Shown: piece after piece, positions 28,073 to 40,492 of the stretch
How positions within the stretch are numbered: the stretch's first letter is position 1
Layout of the letters: each line of letters opens with the position of its first letter
NCBI GenBank assembly: GCA_012295275.1
Contig: CM022677.1
Span: forward strand, 7,812,001 to 7,876,000
Reading direction: 5' to 3'
Source: Chrysomallon squamiferum
Lineage: Eukaryota > Animalia > Mollusca
DNA: 64,000 bases
The notes under the pieces: model-generated
The model's input: only the letters and a program-made list of their open reading frames with translations
What the model was told of the DNA's origin: nothing
Databases searched by the model: none
Position numbers and translations under genes: made by a program

Positions 28073-30855
28073 TAGATAGATAGATATAGATAGATATAGA
28101 TATAGTTATAAACAGACAGACAGAGGATAGATAGGTAAATGGATATAGTGATGAATGAATGGTTAGCTAGACAGGTAATAAGATTAAGCTACACCACAGG
28201 TTGATCAACAAACAGACAGATACATAGATAGACAAATAGCCAGAGAAATAAAACAAATATATAGATAGACAGATAGATAGATAGAAATATGCAGGTAAGT
28301 AAGGATGAGTAATTTGGAGAGTGAGAGAGAAAGAAAGCCAGAGCGAGATATTTAATATGTCATAACTTATTCTTAAGTACATACACTTCTGTCTATGCTC
28401 TGTTGGCCTGTCTGTCTATCCGTATATAGAAAGAGCTTTCAAAGTAATGACACTGCATTCGAAATTAGAAAAAGTAGCAATACCCTATGTATCCATCTGT
28501 TCATCTATCTTCAGTAACTATATCTGTATGTAGGTATTTCTATTTATCTATCATAATCTATCTATCTGTCTGTCTATCTAACCAAAATAATGTTATTATA
28601 TTAATGTACTAATTAGCCATTCCCTTTGGAAATGTTGCCACACATACACCACGGTGAGGTTTAGTACACGTAGGGGATATTAGTAATGGTTAGTATTTGT
28701 TAAATGTTAGTATTTGGTTAATGATTAGTATTTTCTTAATGGTTAGTCTCTTTCTCTCTGTCTCTCTCTTTCTCTAACTCTCTATCTCTTTCTCTTTTCT
28801 CTCTTTCTCTCTCTGTCTATCTCTGTCTCTCTCTTCCACTCTCTGACTGTCTCTCTCAGTCTTTCTTTCTCGGTCTCTCTCTATATCTCTCTGTCTCTCG
28901 CTGAATCTCTCTTTCTCCCTCTGTCTCTGTCTCTCTCAGAATATCTCTTTCTCTCTCTGTCTCTGTTCTGAATCTCTCTTTCTCTCTGCTATATCACTAT
29001 CTCTCTATCTCTCTCTGTCTCCCTATGTCCCTGTCTCTTTTTCTGTCTCTTTCTCCCTCTGTCTCAGTCCCTATCTGTCTCTCTCACTGTCTTTCTCTCT
29101 TTATCTCTGACTGTCTATGTGTCTCTGACTCACTTTTTCTGTCTGTCTTTCTGACACTATCTGTGTCTGTCTCTCTTTCTCTCTCTGTCTATCTGTCTGT
29201 CTCTGTCTGTATCTCTCTCCATGTGTTGTTCTCTGTCTCTGTCTTTTTCTCTCTTACTCTCTCTGTAACTCGCTTTCTTCTCTCCACACAAACTTACCAA
29301 TTCTGCCTAAAGCAAAATTAACCAACAGCAAAAGCAACAGCTATAACACCAATATTAGCAATAATAACAATAACAAAAATAGTAATAATTATGTACCACA
29401 GTAAAATAAATAACAGTGTTAGCAATAATATCAACAACAAAAATAAAAACAAACAAAAATGAAAGAAAGATGACACACACACACAAACACACTTAATTAC
29501 ACTTATAAACACCTGAATTGATGTTACATTCCGCGCTCTAGAAATCATTATATCTGTGAAATTTAAATGTGTCAGTATGAAATGGCAGAAAAACAGTATT
29601 TATATGTAATTGAAATGTTTATGCTACATTTTACAGTGAAATGAAATTTTCGTGAAAACGTACAATCTTAGTCGTAGTGAAACCCAAATCTCTCTCTAAT
29701 TATAATAAATAATATATACAAATTTTCACGTATCAAAATGGAATGTCGTAATAAATTTAAATACTTATTTTTATTCTGAATAGTATGAATGAATAAATAT
29801 TAAGTTTTTAGTAAAGAAACATTTTAAATATATGAAATAAACTAAGAATGCACAAACATAGATACTACTACTAGTACTACTACTGCTAATAATAATAATA
29901 ATAATAATAATTAGTCAATTTCATAGACAAAGTAGTCTAAGGGAAATAACTGTTGAATATAACGATGATAATGGTTAACAACATTAACAACAACAAAACA
30001 AATTTTGAAAAAGGAAATAAAAAAAAATAATGATGTATTTTGTAATTTAGATTTCTGTTTCATTTAATTCATTTAGTTAAGTGCTAAAGACATGATATGA
30101 AATTAAATTTTAAGAATATATATTAAATTATTAAATAATTGTTTGTTAATTTTGATAATAATATTAAACGAAAAATAACAAATAGTGGCATAATGAATCA
30201 ATAATACATTTTTTATTACATTAAATATTTTCATAAACTTTGATGAATCTGCTATTCACATATTTCCACAAATTGATTTCATATCAAGTAATTCTGATAA
30301 ACCCTTTTATAATATAAGAAAGGGGAGATAACGTCATCCAAGAAAGTATTCGTTTTCATATTAAAGGGAAATAACTCTATTTGTGAATATATTCGCTGGT
30401 AACTATTATTAAGAAATATATTATTGTTTATTATATTTAATATAACAAATATTCATTTGTTTCTCCTTTTAAATCGGACAAAAGCATAATGTAGAAAACA
30501 ATTCTTGTATTTTTAAGTTCTCACTATCCTTAGCATATTTCAAGTTCAGAGTTGTATCAAAATATAAATTTTCTTTTTGAAAATTTTAGATTTCAACAAA
30601 TTAGATATTTTCAACATTGAATTATTATTATTAATATAAAAAAGATGTTATTTACCTTTTAGATATTGATATATTAATATAACAAAAAAAAAAGAATATC
30701 CTATAAATATTTCCATCTGAGCTATAATTTTAATGTAAAAAGCATTCATTATTTAAAACGCTTATCAAATGATTAAGCAGTGTCCACTAATTAAATTCAA
30801 TTAAATTATTGGATTCCATTGGTTGAAAATATACCTGAACATTAATCACAAGCGA

Positions 30856-32012
30856 ATATATTGATATATAGAGTTATGTCCCCTTTGTTACATTTTCCTC
30901 CTTGATTATAGTTATCTCCCTATATTCAGGTCAAAACGAACATATTCTTATATAGTTATCTCCCTTTAACATGAAAACGAATAACCTCTCGGATAGTTAT
31001 GTCCCCTTTGTTACATTTTTCTCCTTGATTATTCAGGTTAAAACGAACATATTCCTATATAGATTTATCTCCCTTTAATATGAAAACGAATAACCTCTCG
31101 GATAGAGGTATCTCCCCTTTGTTACATTTTTCTCCTTGATTATTCAGGTTAAAACGAACATATTCCTATATAGATTTATCTCCCTTTAACATGAAAACGA
31201 ATAACCTCTCGGATAGAGGTATCTCCCCTTTGTTACATTTTTCTCCTTGATTATTCAGGTTAAAACGAACATATTCCTATATAGAGTTATCTTCCTTTAA
31301 CATGAAAACGAATATCCTCTCGGATAGAGTTATGTCCCCCTTTGTTACATTTTTCTCCTTGATTATTCAGGTTAAAACGAACATATTCCTATATAGAGTT
31401 ATCTCCCTTTAACATTAAAATGAAAAACGAATATTTTTCTCCTTGATATCTCCTTGATTATTTAAAAAGACATGTTCCCCTTTGTTACATTTTAGAGTTC
31501 CTTGATTATGGTTAAAACGAACATATTCTATATATAGAGTTATGTCCCCTTTGTTACATTTTTCTCCTTGATTATTCAAGTTAAAACGAACATATTCCTA
31601 TATACAGTTATGTCCCCTTTGTTATTTTTTTTGATTTTCATTTTGACAGTTTATTTATTGATTATTCAGGTTAAAACGAACATATTCCTATATAGAGTTA
31701 TGTCCCCTTTGTTACATTTTTCTCCTTGATTATTCAGGTTAAAACGAACATATTCCTATATACAGTTATGTCCCCTTTGTTACATTTTTCTCTTGATTAT
31801 TCAGGTTAAAACGAACATATTCCTATATACAGTTATGTCCCCTTTGTTACATTTTTCTCCTTGATTATTCAGGTTAAAACGAACATATTCCTACATAGAT
31901 TTTTCTCCCTTTAACATGAAAACGAATAACCTCTCGGATAGAGTTATGTCCCCTTTGTTACATTTTTCTCCTTGATTATTCAGGTTAAAACGAACATGTT
32001 CCTATATAGTTA
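30856..32012. repeat. Compound minisatellite of ~68-bp and ~43-bp subunits (111-bp higher-order unit), each led by GAGTTAT(C/G)TCCC(C)TT
   Basis: TATTCAGGTTAAAACG at 31030, 31141 and 31252 (111-bp period) and at 31663, 31731 and 31798 (~68-bp period). Confidence 0.92.
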
Positions 32013-32509
32013 TCTGATAAACCCTTTTATAATATAAGAAAGGGGAGATAACGTCATCCAAGAAAGTATTCGTTTTCATATTAAAGGGAAATAACTCTAT
32101 TTGTGAATATATTCGCTGGTAACTATTATTAAGACATTTTTTATTCAATATAGAAGATTGTAACAGCAGAACAATAATAAAAAAAAAGTAGTTTAAGAAA
32201 TAAAAACGCATGGCCCCCTACCGCCTGCCCTAGTACCCCACCCTCACAGCTTGTGAAGGTACTGAACCAAGTTCAAACTTTAATGTTTCTTGCAAGCATG
32301 TTCATATGTGTGAGATGGTGGGATTGAATCTCGGCGTTTTTGGAGACATCAGCAGTACTTTCCGATTCCAGATTCATCTACGAAATATTGTGGAAACATC
32401 ACTTTATATATAACATGGGTCATACCCCGTGATGTGTCACCAGAGGTGGGAGGAGTTTACTCGGCGAAGTAAAGGCTATATTGATTAAAGTTTATATGTG
32501 CTCACAAAC

Positions 32510-32795
32510 ATAGATTAGAGTTAGGTCCCTTACATGAGATGTACTCAGTAAACAAATTAAAAATTATATCGATTAGACTTATCTACCTTTAGTGAAATGT
32601 GTTCACATAGATTAGAGTTATGTCCCTTATGTGAGATGTACTCACTAAGCAAAGTGAAAATTGTATCGATTACAGTTATCTCCCTTACGTGACATGTACT
32701 CACTAAATAAAGTAAAAATTATATCGATTAGAGTTATCTCCCTTTAGTGATATGTGCTCGCAACTTTAGCCTTACGTGAGATGTACTCACTAAGC
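32510..32795. repeat. Second array built on the same GATTAGAGTTATCTCCCTT motif with different spacers, 5 motif copies
   Basis: Motif variants at ~32513, 32571, 32610, 32668 and 32726, with recurring GAGATGTACTCACTAA spacers. Confidence 0.85.
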
Positions 32796-32848
32796 TTACG
32801 TACGCTAATTATCCATATGGGATAAATGGAATCTCGAAAAATGCCGGG

Positions 32849-33007
32849 GACTAGGGCAGGGGGCGGATAGATAAAAATAGAACACTTTCCCCTAGCAGAT
32901 AGCCCGTGCTTCCGGGGTAGGGCGGGAGGGCATGTGTTCCACTCACCTTTTCTGTCCGGGACCCTAAGCTCACCCGTTTTTATCCTATCCACCCCCCTGC
33001 CCTAGTC
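32849..33007. other. GC-rich ~160-bp inverted-repeat (hairpin/MITE-like) unit with an internal G-quadruplex motif
   Basis: Arms GACTAGGGCAGGGGGCGGATAGATAAAAA / TTTTTATCCTATCCACCCCCCTGCCCTAGTC. GGGGTAGGGCGGGAGGG at 32914-32930. Second copy at 48900-49063. Confidence 0.8.
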
Positions 33008-33146
33008 ACCCACACACCGACTGTCTGTCCTGCATATGGATGGAGCTACTGATAAACACGGGCTGAAGTTTGTACAAGCACTAGGGGCTTTTAAGATTAA
33101 ACTGGTAATTAAATATTAAAAAAAGTAATATTGTTTTAGTTTACTG

Positions 33147-34870
33147 ACTCAGCCAAACTTTCGCCAAGTCCAGCAGCAACTCAAACTTCCCACTAAAATT
33201 CACAAAGAAACCAAACGCCAAAGAGGACAACCTAACAATCAACGAACATTCCACAGACTCAGAACACGTTACACAATCAACTCTTCAACATCAGCGAATT
33301 AAAACAAGCCCTAAAAAACAAGAAAAGTCCAGCCACAGGGCCAGATAAAATAAGCTACACAATACTACAACACCTACCACATGAAACACAACTCATCGCA
33401 CTCGATCTCTACAACACAATATGGACCACAGGTAAGATTCCCACAAACTGGAAACACGCCGAATGTTTCAGCTTGCCCAAACCACACAAAGATCACTCAC
33501 TACCCAATAGCTACAGGCTAATCATGCTGACGTCACACATATGCAAAACACTGGAAACGAGGATCAACACACACCTGAACCAGCATCTAAACAACAATTT
33601 AATCAGCAAATATCAAAGCGGCTTCACAAGAAACACAACACAAACAACCAGATCACACGCCTGCAAACATCAATCAACCAATCTTTTGGGAAATCAAAAA
33701 AAGTAATCGCAGTAATCCTAGACATTGAAAAAGCATTCGACAAGGTATGGAGGGAAGGACTCCTCGTCAGATTAATCAACAACAACATCAAAGGCAACAT
33801 GTTCAACTTCATTAAAGACTTCATCAACAACAGCTCCATAGCAGTCAAAGTAAATGGTCACACCTCAGAGAAAAGGACAATTGAAAACGGCATCCCACAA
33901 GGATCTGTGATTTCGCCCACACTCTTCAACATCTACATCAACGACATTGTCACAGCATTCAACAAACAAGACAACGCCAAAAATCCACCAATCGAACCAA
34001 TAAACACAGCACTCTTTGCAGACAACTGCGCCTTTTGGCATGCAGGCAGAAACAAATACGAAACTACCTAAACAACATAAACGACTGGGTGTTGAAATGG
34101 GGCACAAAGATTTCTCTTTCCAAAACGACATGCCTCCTTTTCAACAAAAAAACAGATAACAACAAAATCACACTAAATATCAACAACAACGTCATAACAC
34201 AAACCAAAACATTCAAATTTCTAGTGTGATGTTCGACAGCCAACTCAACTTTGGATGCCACATACACAACATAATTGCATCCTGCAAAAAAACACTCAAT
34301 CTTCTAAAGCTAATTTCCTAAACAAGTTAGTGAGCAAATGAGTTAACACTAATTTTGATATACAAAGCATGTATTCTCTCCAGGCTCGACTGCAGAGCCA
34401 CGGCTTACTCGAATGCTTCTGAACACTCTTTAAAAAAAACTAGACGTAATTCAATCCAGCACCCTCAGAGTGTTCGGCCACCTGCCAAACACAACACCAC
34501 CCGACAGCCTCCTGTCAGAATACAGCATCCAACCACTAAAATACAGAATAAAGCTGCAGCTACTGAAATACAACCTGAAAATACACACACTCAACACAGA
34601 CCACCCCGTCAAGGATCTGGTCCCCGACCAACAAAGAATAGGGCAACCCTTTAAATCGCATAGTCTACTACTATCGAATTTCCATAGTAAAGCCAGCTAA
34701 ATCAAAAAGGAAACAGGAATAGGGGAAATACCACTGATGGCATACCACAAAGAAACAAAACCAGCAATAAACACACCTTTCCTAATCAAGACAGAAACAG
34801 ACAGAACAGAGTTCCCACCCTTCAAAAAAGCCATGTACAAACAACCACTACAAACAACAAACGGATCAAT
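33147..34870 (+). mobile_element. 5'-truncated, frameshifted non-LTR retrotransposon reverse transcriptase (I/Nimb-like clade)
   Basis: TGPDKISY, IWTTGKIPTNWK, PKPHKD...SYRLIMLTSHICKTLE, QSGF, AVILDIEKAFDKVW, GIPQGSVISPTLFNIYIND, FADN (degenerate YADD), KFL, and the post-RT IYKACILSRLD...AYSNAS...P.DSLL.E...PL motif. Confidence 0.92.
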
Positions 34871-35029
34871 TTGAATAGCCAATTAAATTAATCATTAAAA
34901 ACAAAATTATATGTAGTATATGTACTTACTTTTAGACCATACTAACCCGGTTATCGGATTTAAAAAAAATAAAAAAAATGTACATAATAAATGTAAATAA
35001 GTTAACAATGTTCATGTTCTTATTTTTCA

Positions 35030-35285
35030 CAACAGCTTGCTCTGATCAGCACGTTAATTTTTTTCAAGGTTCAAGATTCAAGGTAATTAAATTACGTGCT
35101 TGACAACAGCTAGCTCTGATTAGCACGTTAATTTTTTTCAATTTTAATTTTCTTATGTCCTGCAATCGTAACGAGAATCCCTTTCTCTTTCCTTTCACAA
35201 AAACTCTTTTTCTGCAACAGACACGCCCTGTCAGAGAGCGTGCTTCACAACCGCTTGCTCTGATTAGCACGTTCAATTTTTCCAG
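35030..35285. repeat. Three copies of a ~38-bp motif ACAACAGCTTGCTCTGATTAGCACGTTAATTTTTT
   Basis: At ~35029, ~35103 and ~35247. Confidence 0.8.
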
Positions 35286-37929
35286 TTTCCAGGAATTAAA
35301 ATTAGTTAAACATATGTTTTACGATTGTATAATGTATTATTATCAAGTCACCTGTATATAATAATTAAATAATTAACGTGAACCTTAACTGGTGTTGTGT
35401 TCATTTCTCTAGTCGATAGACTGCTGTCAGTTTAGTTTAGATTCCTTGTTGGTGGCCATTAAAGCCCTTGTTAACCTAGACTGAGCTTTAATAAAACATC
35501 CAAGATGTTTAAAGGTTTGAGCCCCATGACACCTTGTTTCAGTATTCTTTATTAATTATTATTTTGTTTATCATTTTAATTAGTATTATTGGAGTTGTTG
35601 TCGTCTTTATCGTTAATGTCGTTATGGCAGATATTATTTCTGTCGTCATTATAAACAAAAAAACAATTATCAGTAGACAATAGACAGATTAGACACACAC
35701 ACACACACACACACAGAGAAACACACACATAGAAAAGAAAGAGTTTGGTATATTTGTTTGCCTTAGAGTATAGTTGTACATATAAGTTGATATCAGTGAT
35801 ATATGATGTTTAGGTATGTAGATGATAGCTAGGGATGGATATGCTTAAATGAGCTTATGTAAGAAAATGTTTGTACACGCGTTATATTAACCTCGCTTTT
35901 AACATCTTTTCGTTTATTGGTCATTTTAATTACTCAGTTCAGTTTTGTCTTTGTTTTCTATCCATCTACCTGTCTGTTTGTCTATCTCTCTCAGATTGTA
36001 CAGATAAATAATAACTTCAGTAAATTTGTTAAAAACACTGCAGAAAACAATGATAATAAAGCAGCGATGATAGTTCATCTCATCAGGAGAGGTTCTGTAT
36101 ATGCTGAAAATCCTGAAAGATCTTCGAGATTAATATTCATAAATTTATTTATATTTTTGTTTTCATTTTTATTTTTTTTTTTTTTTTTTTTTTTTTGTAA
36201 ATTAAGTTAATTTGCGTTTTATCTCATAGAAAACTTAGCTTGTCCCTGTAAACTGCAACTGAAATGTCTTGTTTTACAGTGATGAACAAAAATGTTCTTG
36301 TTCAAGTAAATGTAACTCAGTTTTCACCATCCTTCTCACGTTTTCAATTTTAACGCTATGTCTTATTTCTCTCCAGATTATTCCTAGTTGAACATTAATT
36401 GTTTAATTATGAATTTAATTTTAACAGTGGATAATAGAATATTACTTGCTTAACTAAAAAAATAATACCTCTATTTTTCAATACACTGTGTGTGTAATAC
36501 ATAATATTACCGCTACGCCTCTGTTAACAACATAAAACATGTATTGTAGTATGGAGTATTTACTGAAACACGAAACTTTGACGTACAGTGAAGTTTTCAT
36601 AACGACGTGTAAAATTACTCTTACGTAGCTTTTCAGTGAAACGTGGTCTGTTAATAAAATGTCACATTAGTATGGAAGCGTTCTCGACATTTTGGATTTC
36701 ACATATAATTCTACTGTTGTTTATAAGAACACGCTAACCCGAGATCCCAATCTACATTTCTGAATGTATCCAGGGTTTTCACAGTAAAATCATACAGTTA
36801 CAATAAAGTACCATTTCTATAATTCCAGACAAAGCGTTGGATGTATTTTAGAAATATACTTTTTCTAAGCAGGAGAAAGATGAAGGTGATTTTCATTAAT
36901 TACAGCACAGCTTGTGTTTTGTATTAGTTTTCTGGTAATTAATATTTTACTATATTTTAATAAATGTGGTGAGTGTTTTGTGAAGAAACTTTTGGGTGAA
37001 ACTTATGAAGACAAGTCGGGCTGTGCAGACGTGTAGCTGACTGTCTGGATAACACGTGTTTCAGTAAAAATTTCAGTAAGTATTTACTAAAACACGAAAC
37101 TTTGACGTACAGTGCAGTTTTCTAGACATAATTTGTGATGCTGGACAGAGTTTAAATTCTTTAAACAAGTAAGATTTCACTTTTATATGAATAAACTGAG
37201 GTTCAACCAAAAATAGAATGTTAATAATCTATGTCTGAAATAATCATTAAGAAAGAGTAAGATTTACTTGACAGTAAAGACATTGCTATGTTTTAATAGG
37301 ATGAATCAATTTCGTCTAGCTGACAAAAAAAACATCCTCGTATCTCATAAAACACTAGGCCAGGAGGCCAGGCATGTATTCTATGATGTAACTTAAAATT
37401 ATAATATTAACTATCACGTTATTTTCACTCAGTATCAATTTATAATATAAACGTCGCTGGTTTTATGTATTAACGTGAATTACGTCGCCTTTTTTCACAC
37501 AGAAAACTTCGCGTGTCCCTGTGAATTTTAATTTTAATGTCGTTAGCTATAGAAAATCAAATTTTGTGATTCAAGTAAACTGTACCTTCTCACGTGTTCA
37601 GTATTAACAGTCATTTATTTCTGAATTTACAAATCGATTGCTCAATGCCGCTATAAAATGAAAAGGTCACATCCAGATTAATGTGGTATTTGATTAACAA
37701 CAGAACAGATTACACTAAAAAGTTCTGCATGATGCTGAAAACTGAGTTTTTACTTTATAAGAATCAATTCATTTTGTTTATAAGTTGATAATAAATTATG
37801 TTCAGGTAGATTTATGATGAGCGCTGTTTTCACAGTTAATTTGAAATTGAACCAATATATTTACTGCTATTAAAAGTATCAAAATTACTCTGTAAAAACC
37901 GATAAATTTCCTCTGGCTGTATCCAAGAT

Positions 37930-37968
<39 letters not shown>

Positions 37969-38929
37969 CAATATTTGTTATGATGCAAAACAGAAGTAAA
38001 CTTAATAAAATATCAATGTTAACAGTGGTGCTGTTACTAAGATAGAACGTAATTTTCACTCAATTTATTCGTTTAAGCTGCACAGCTGCACTAAATAAAA
38101 ACGTAAATTCTGTCAAGCAGTCTTAAATATTAAAAAAAAAAAAATGCGCATCCAAACTAAATATGATATTATACATATAAATTAAATGATTAACCGGTAA
38201 AATATTGGTTATTGTATTTAAAAACCTTTATTTGAAAATCTCCTCTGTATTTCTCAAAAAAGATGAAAAAAAAATATATATATATATATTCGTATAAACT
38301 TTGCCACGTATTAGAAAGAAAAAAAAAAAAAAAAATAATAATAATAATAAACATCCAAAAAATAGAGAAAAGAAACATTAAGCTTAACCAGCAGCGCTGT
38401 TTATACGGCAAAATATATTCATTTTAAAATCGTCCCCTTTTCCTGTAATTTTTGTTGTTCTTTATTTTTTTATACATTTATTCAAGATCTGTTTTAGATA
38501 AGGTAGACTGTGCCGTAAGCAGAAATTCATTAAAGAAATGTTTCTCATTTTCTTCTCTCCAGAAAAACAAACATCTTGAGAAAGAAATTTATTCTTTTGT
38601 CACAAAGGGCATATGTCATTCCATTAATAGTAAATTTATGCTAAATAAAGTAATCATCTTATAAAATAACATAAATGTTAGTTTTGTCAACTTTCATTTT
38701 GTTTCTCAAATATTAATTAAATCTGTAAATTTGATAAAAATAAGACAATCAATATTTTTCTCTCCCATGTACAGGCTATATTATTACATTAAAGAAACTT
38801 AACAGCAAACATTAGTAAAATAATTAATTATTAAACGTTTTAGACAAAAGACTGAAGGAACCACTGAAGGAACCAGCTGCTCACTTAGAAATGACGTTTC
38901 GTTTGCAGCGTCTTGCCTCTAGATACAAT

Positions 38930-39505
38930 AACAACGGCAGGAACAACGCCGTTACGACGGCAAATATCGCGATATTAACACAAATAGTAATGCGGACACT
39001 AAGCAGCAAAAGAATAAGGAGAATACACCGAGAACGTTGATAACAACGTTGTTACGTTGGTAATGAGGGCGACATTAATAGAAAATAAAATAATATATTT
39101 TAATAGGTGATGTGCCCGCCCAGAAAGTATGAAGAAGAATTAATATAAAAGCCCTAAAGAATAATGAGAAATACTCGATGAAAGCTAGCAACGATATTTA
39201 ATAGAAATAGTAACAATGTTTTTTAAGAAAGCATGAATAATAGTTAATAAAAAGCAAAAGAAAAAGGAGAAGTACACCTAGAACGTAGGGAACAACGTTA
39301 CAACGGTAATGACGGCGACATTAATAGAGATAATAATAATATATTTTAACATATGATGGGTGCGGTCAGAAAATAAGAATAACAGCGAATAAAAGACGAA
39401 AAGGAGTAAACCAATAACGTTAGGAACAACACCGGTACGATGGCAACGACGGCGACATTAATAGAAATTAATATATTTTAATAGGTGGTGAAAGTATGAG
39501 GAGTA
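38930..39505. repeat. Diverged tandem repeat (~120-140 bp units) with GGAACAAC.CCG.TAC...GACGGCGACATTAATAGAAA; inverted relative at 11670-11860
   Basis: Motif at ~38940, 39040, 39290 and 39421. 11672-11715 TTAATGTCGCCGTCGTTGCCGTTGTACCGGCGTTGTTCCTAAC is its reverse complement. Confidence 0.75.
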
Positions 39506-40234
39506 ATTATAATATCAGTGATCGAATAAAATAAACGTTATCAGCATAATCTATAATTATCAATATAATTTCTCTTTTTATATCACTTCTATAATCTAGT
39601 TATGTTAATAAGACAAAAGACGTTAGTCTGGAAACAGCTGTTTTTTTTTTTTTTTTTTTTTTTTAAATATTCGGTTAATATTACTGCTTCACCTTTTTTT
39701 GTAATTTAGAGTGTAGTATTAGATCTGCATAACTGTGAAAAGGAATGTTATCGAAGAAATCCTAAATATCTAAATATCTAAAATATCATGTAAACTACAA
39801 AACTCTTTTTTCATTACGCCGTGTAAAAATCCTCACTGTAATAGTATTCCTAACAGAATATTCGTTATTACATTAAAATCAGCTACTAACAGTAATTTGT
39901 AGAGAACTACAGTCAAATATCACGTTAATATATTTGTATCTTCTAGGCGTTACCATGCAGGAAGATATAATTTATAGTGCAGATAATAGAATTAGAATTA
40001 CATAACTGTAAGATTGTTAATTTAAAAAGGACACTATAGCAGAAATACTAAATATTTTTCAGTATATTTTACATGGCGGTGGAGCGCTGGTATTATTGTC
40101 ATAAGTTATCTGCAGAAAATTATTCATCTTATTAAAATATCACGTTAATGCTGTTTAGAATTAAGTATTTCCTTTCTCAGACCCCGTAACTTTTTCCTTT
40201 GCAATCTCTACCAGTGTAATTAAAGGCACATTAA

Positions 40235-40492
40235 CAGTGGAGTGCAGCGGGCGGGGGGGGACGAAGGTCTGTGGCCCTGGGCATCCAAATGGGGAGAACA
40301 TCCAATCAGAGAAAAGAGGTTGATAAAATTGTGTGATTTGTATTTAAATCAATAAAGCGTTTATTTTATTTTGTTTTTAATATTCAAAATATCTTTCTTT
40401 CTCAAAATATTTATCGGTACTAGGCCTTGATTCCTTGTGGCATACCACCAAGGAGTTGACCCCGGGCATCACCAGACCTCTGCATGCCACTG
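40235..40492. mobile_element. hAT-type MITE, 258 bp
   Basis: TIRs CAGTGGAGTGCAG / CTGCATGCCACTG. Perfect 8-bp TSD CACATTAA at 40227-40234 and 40493-40500. Confidence 0.9.

Larger units (their letters stand above)
20026..33146 (+). repeat. Segmental duplication copy B (most complete copy)
   Basis: Matches copy A over 20026-~29000, and copy C over 22370-23300, 28070-30080, 32148-32263 and 32847-33146. Confidence 0.9.

Noticed and set aside
30856-32795. Repeat-spacer (CRISPR-like) reading of the motif arrays
   Set aside because: The spacers themselves repeat, so this is a compound satellite or iteron array.
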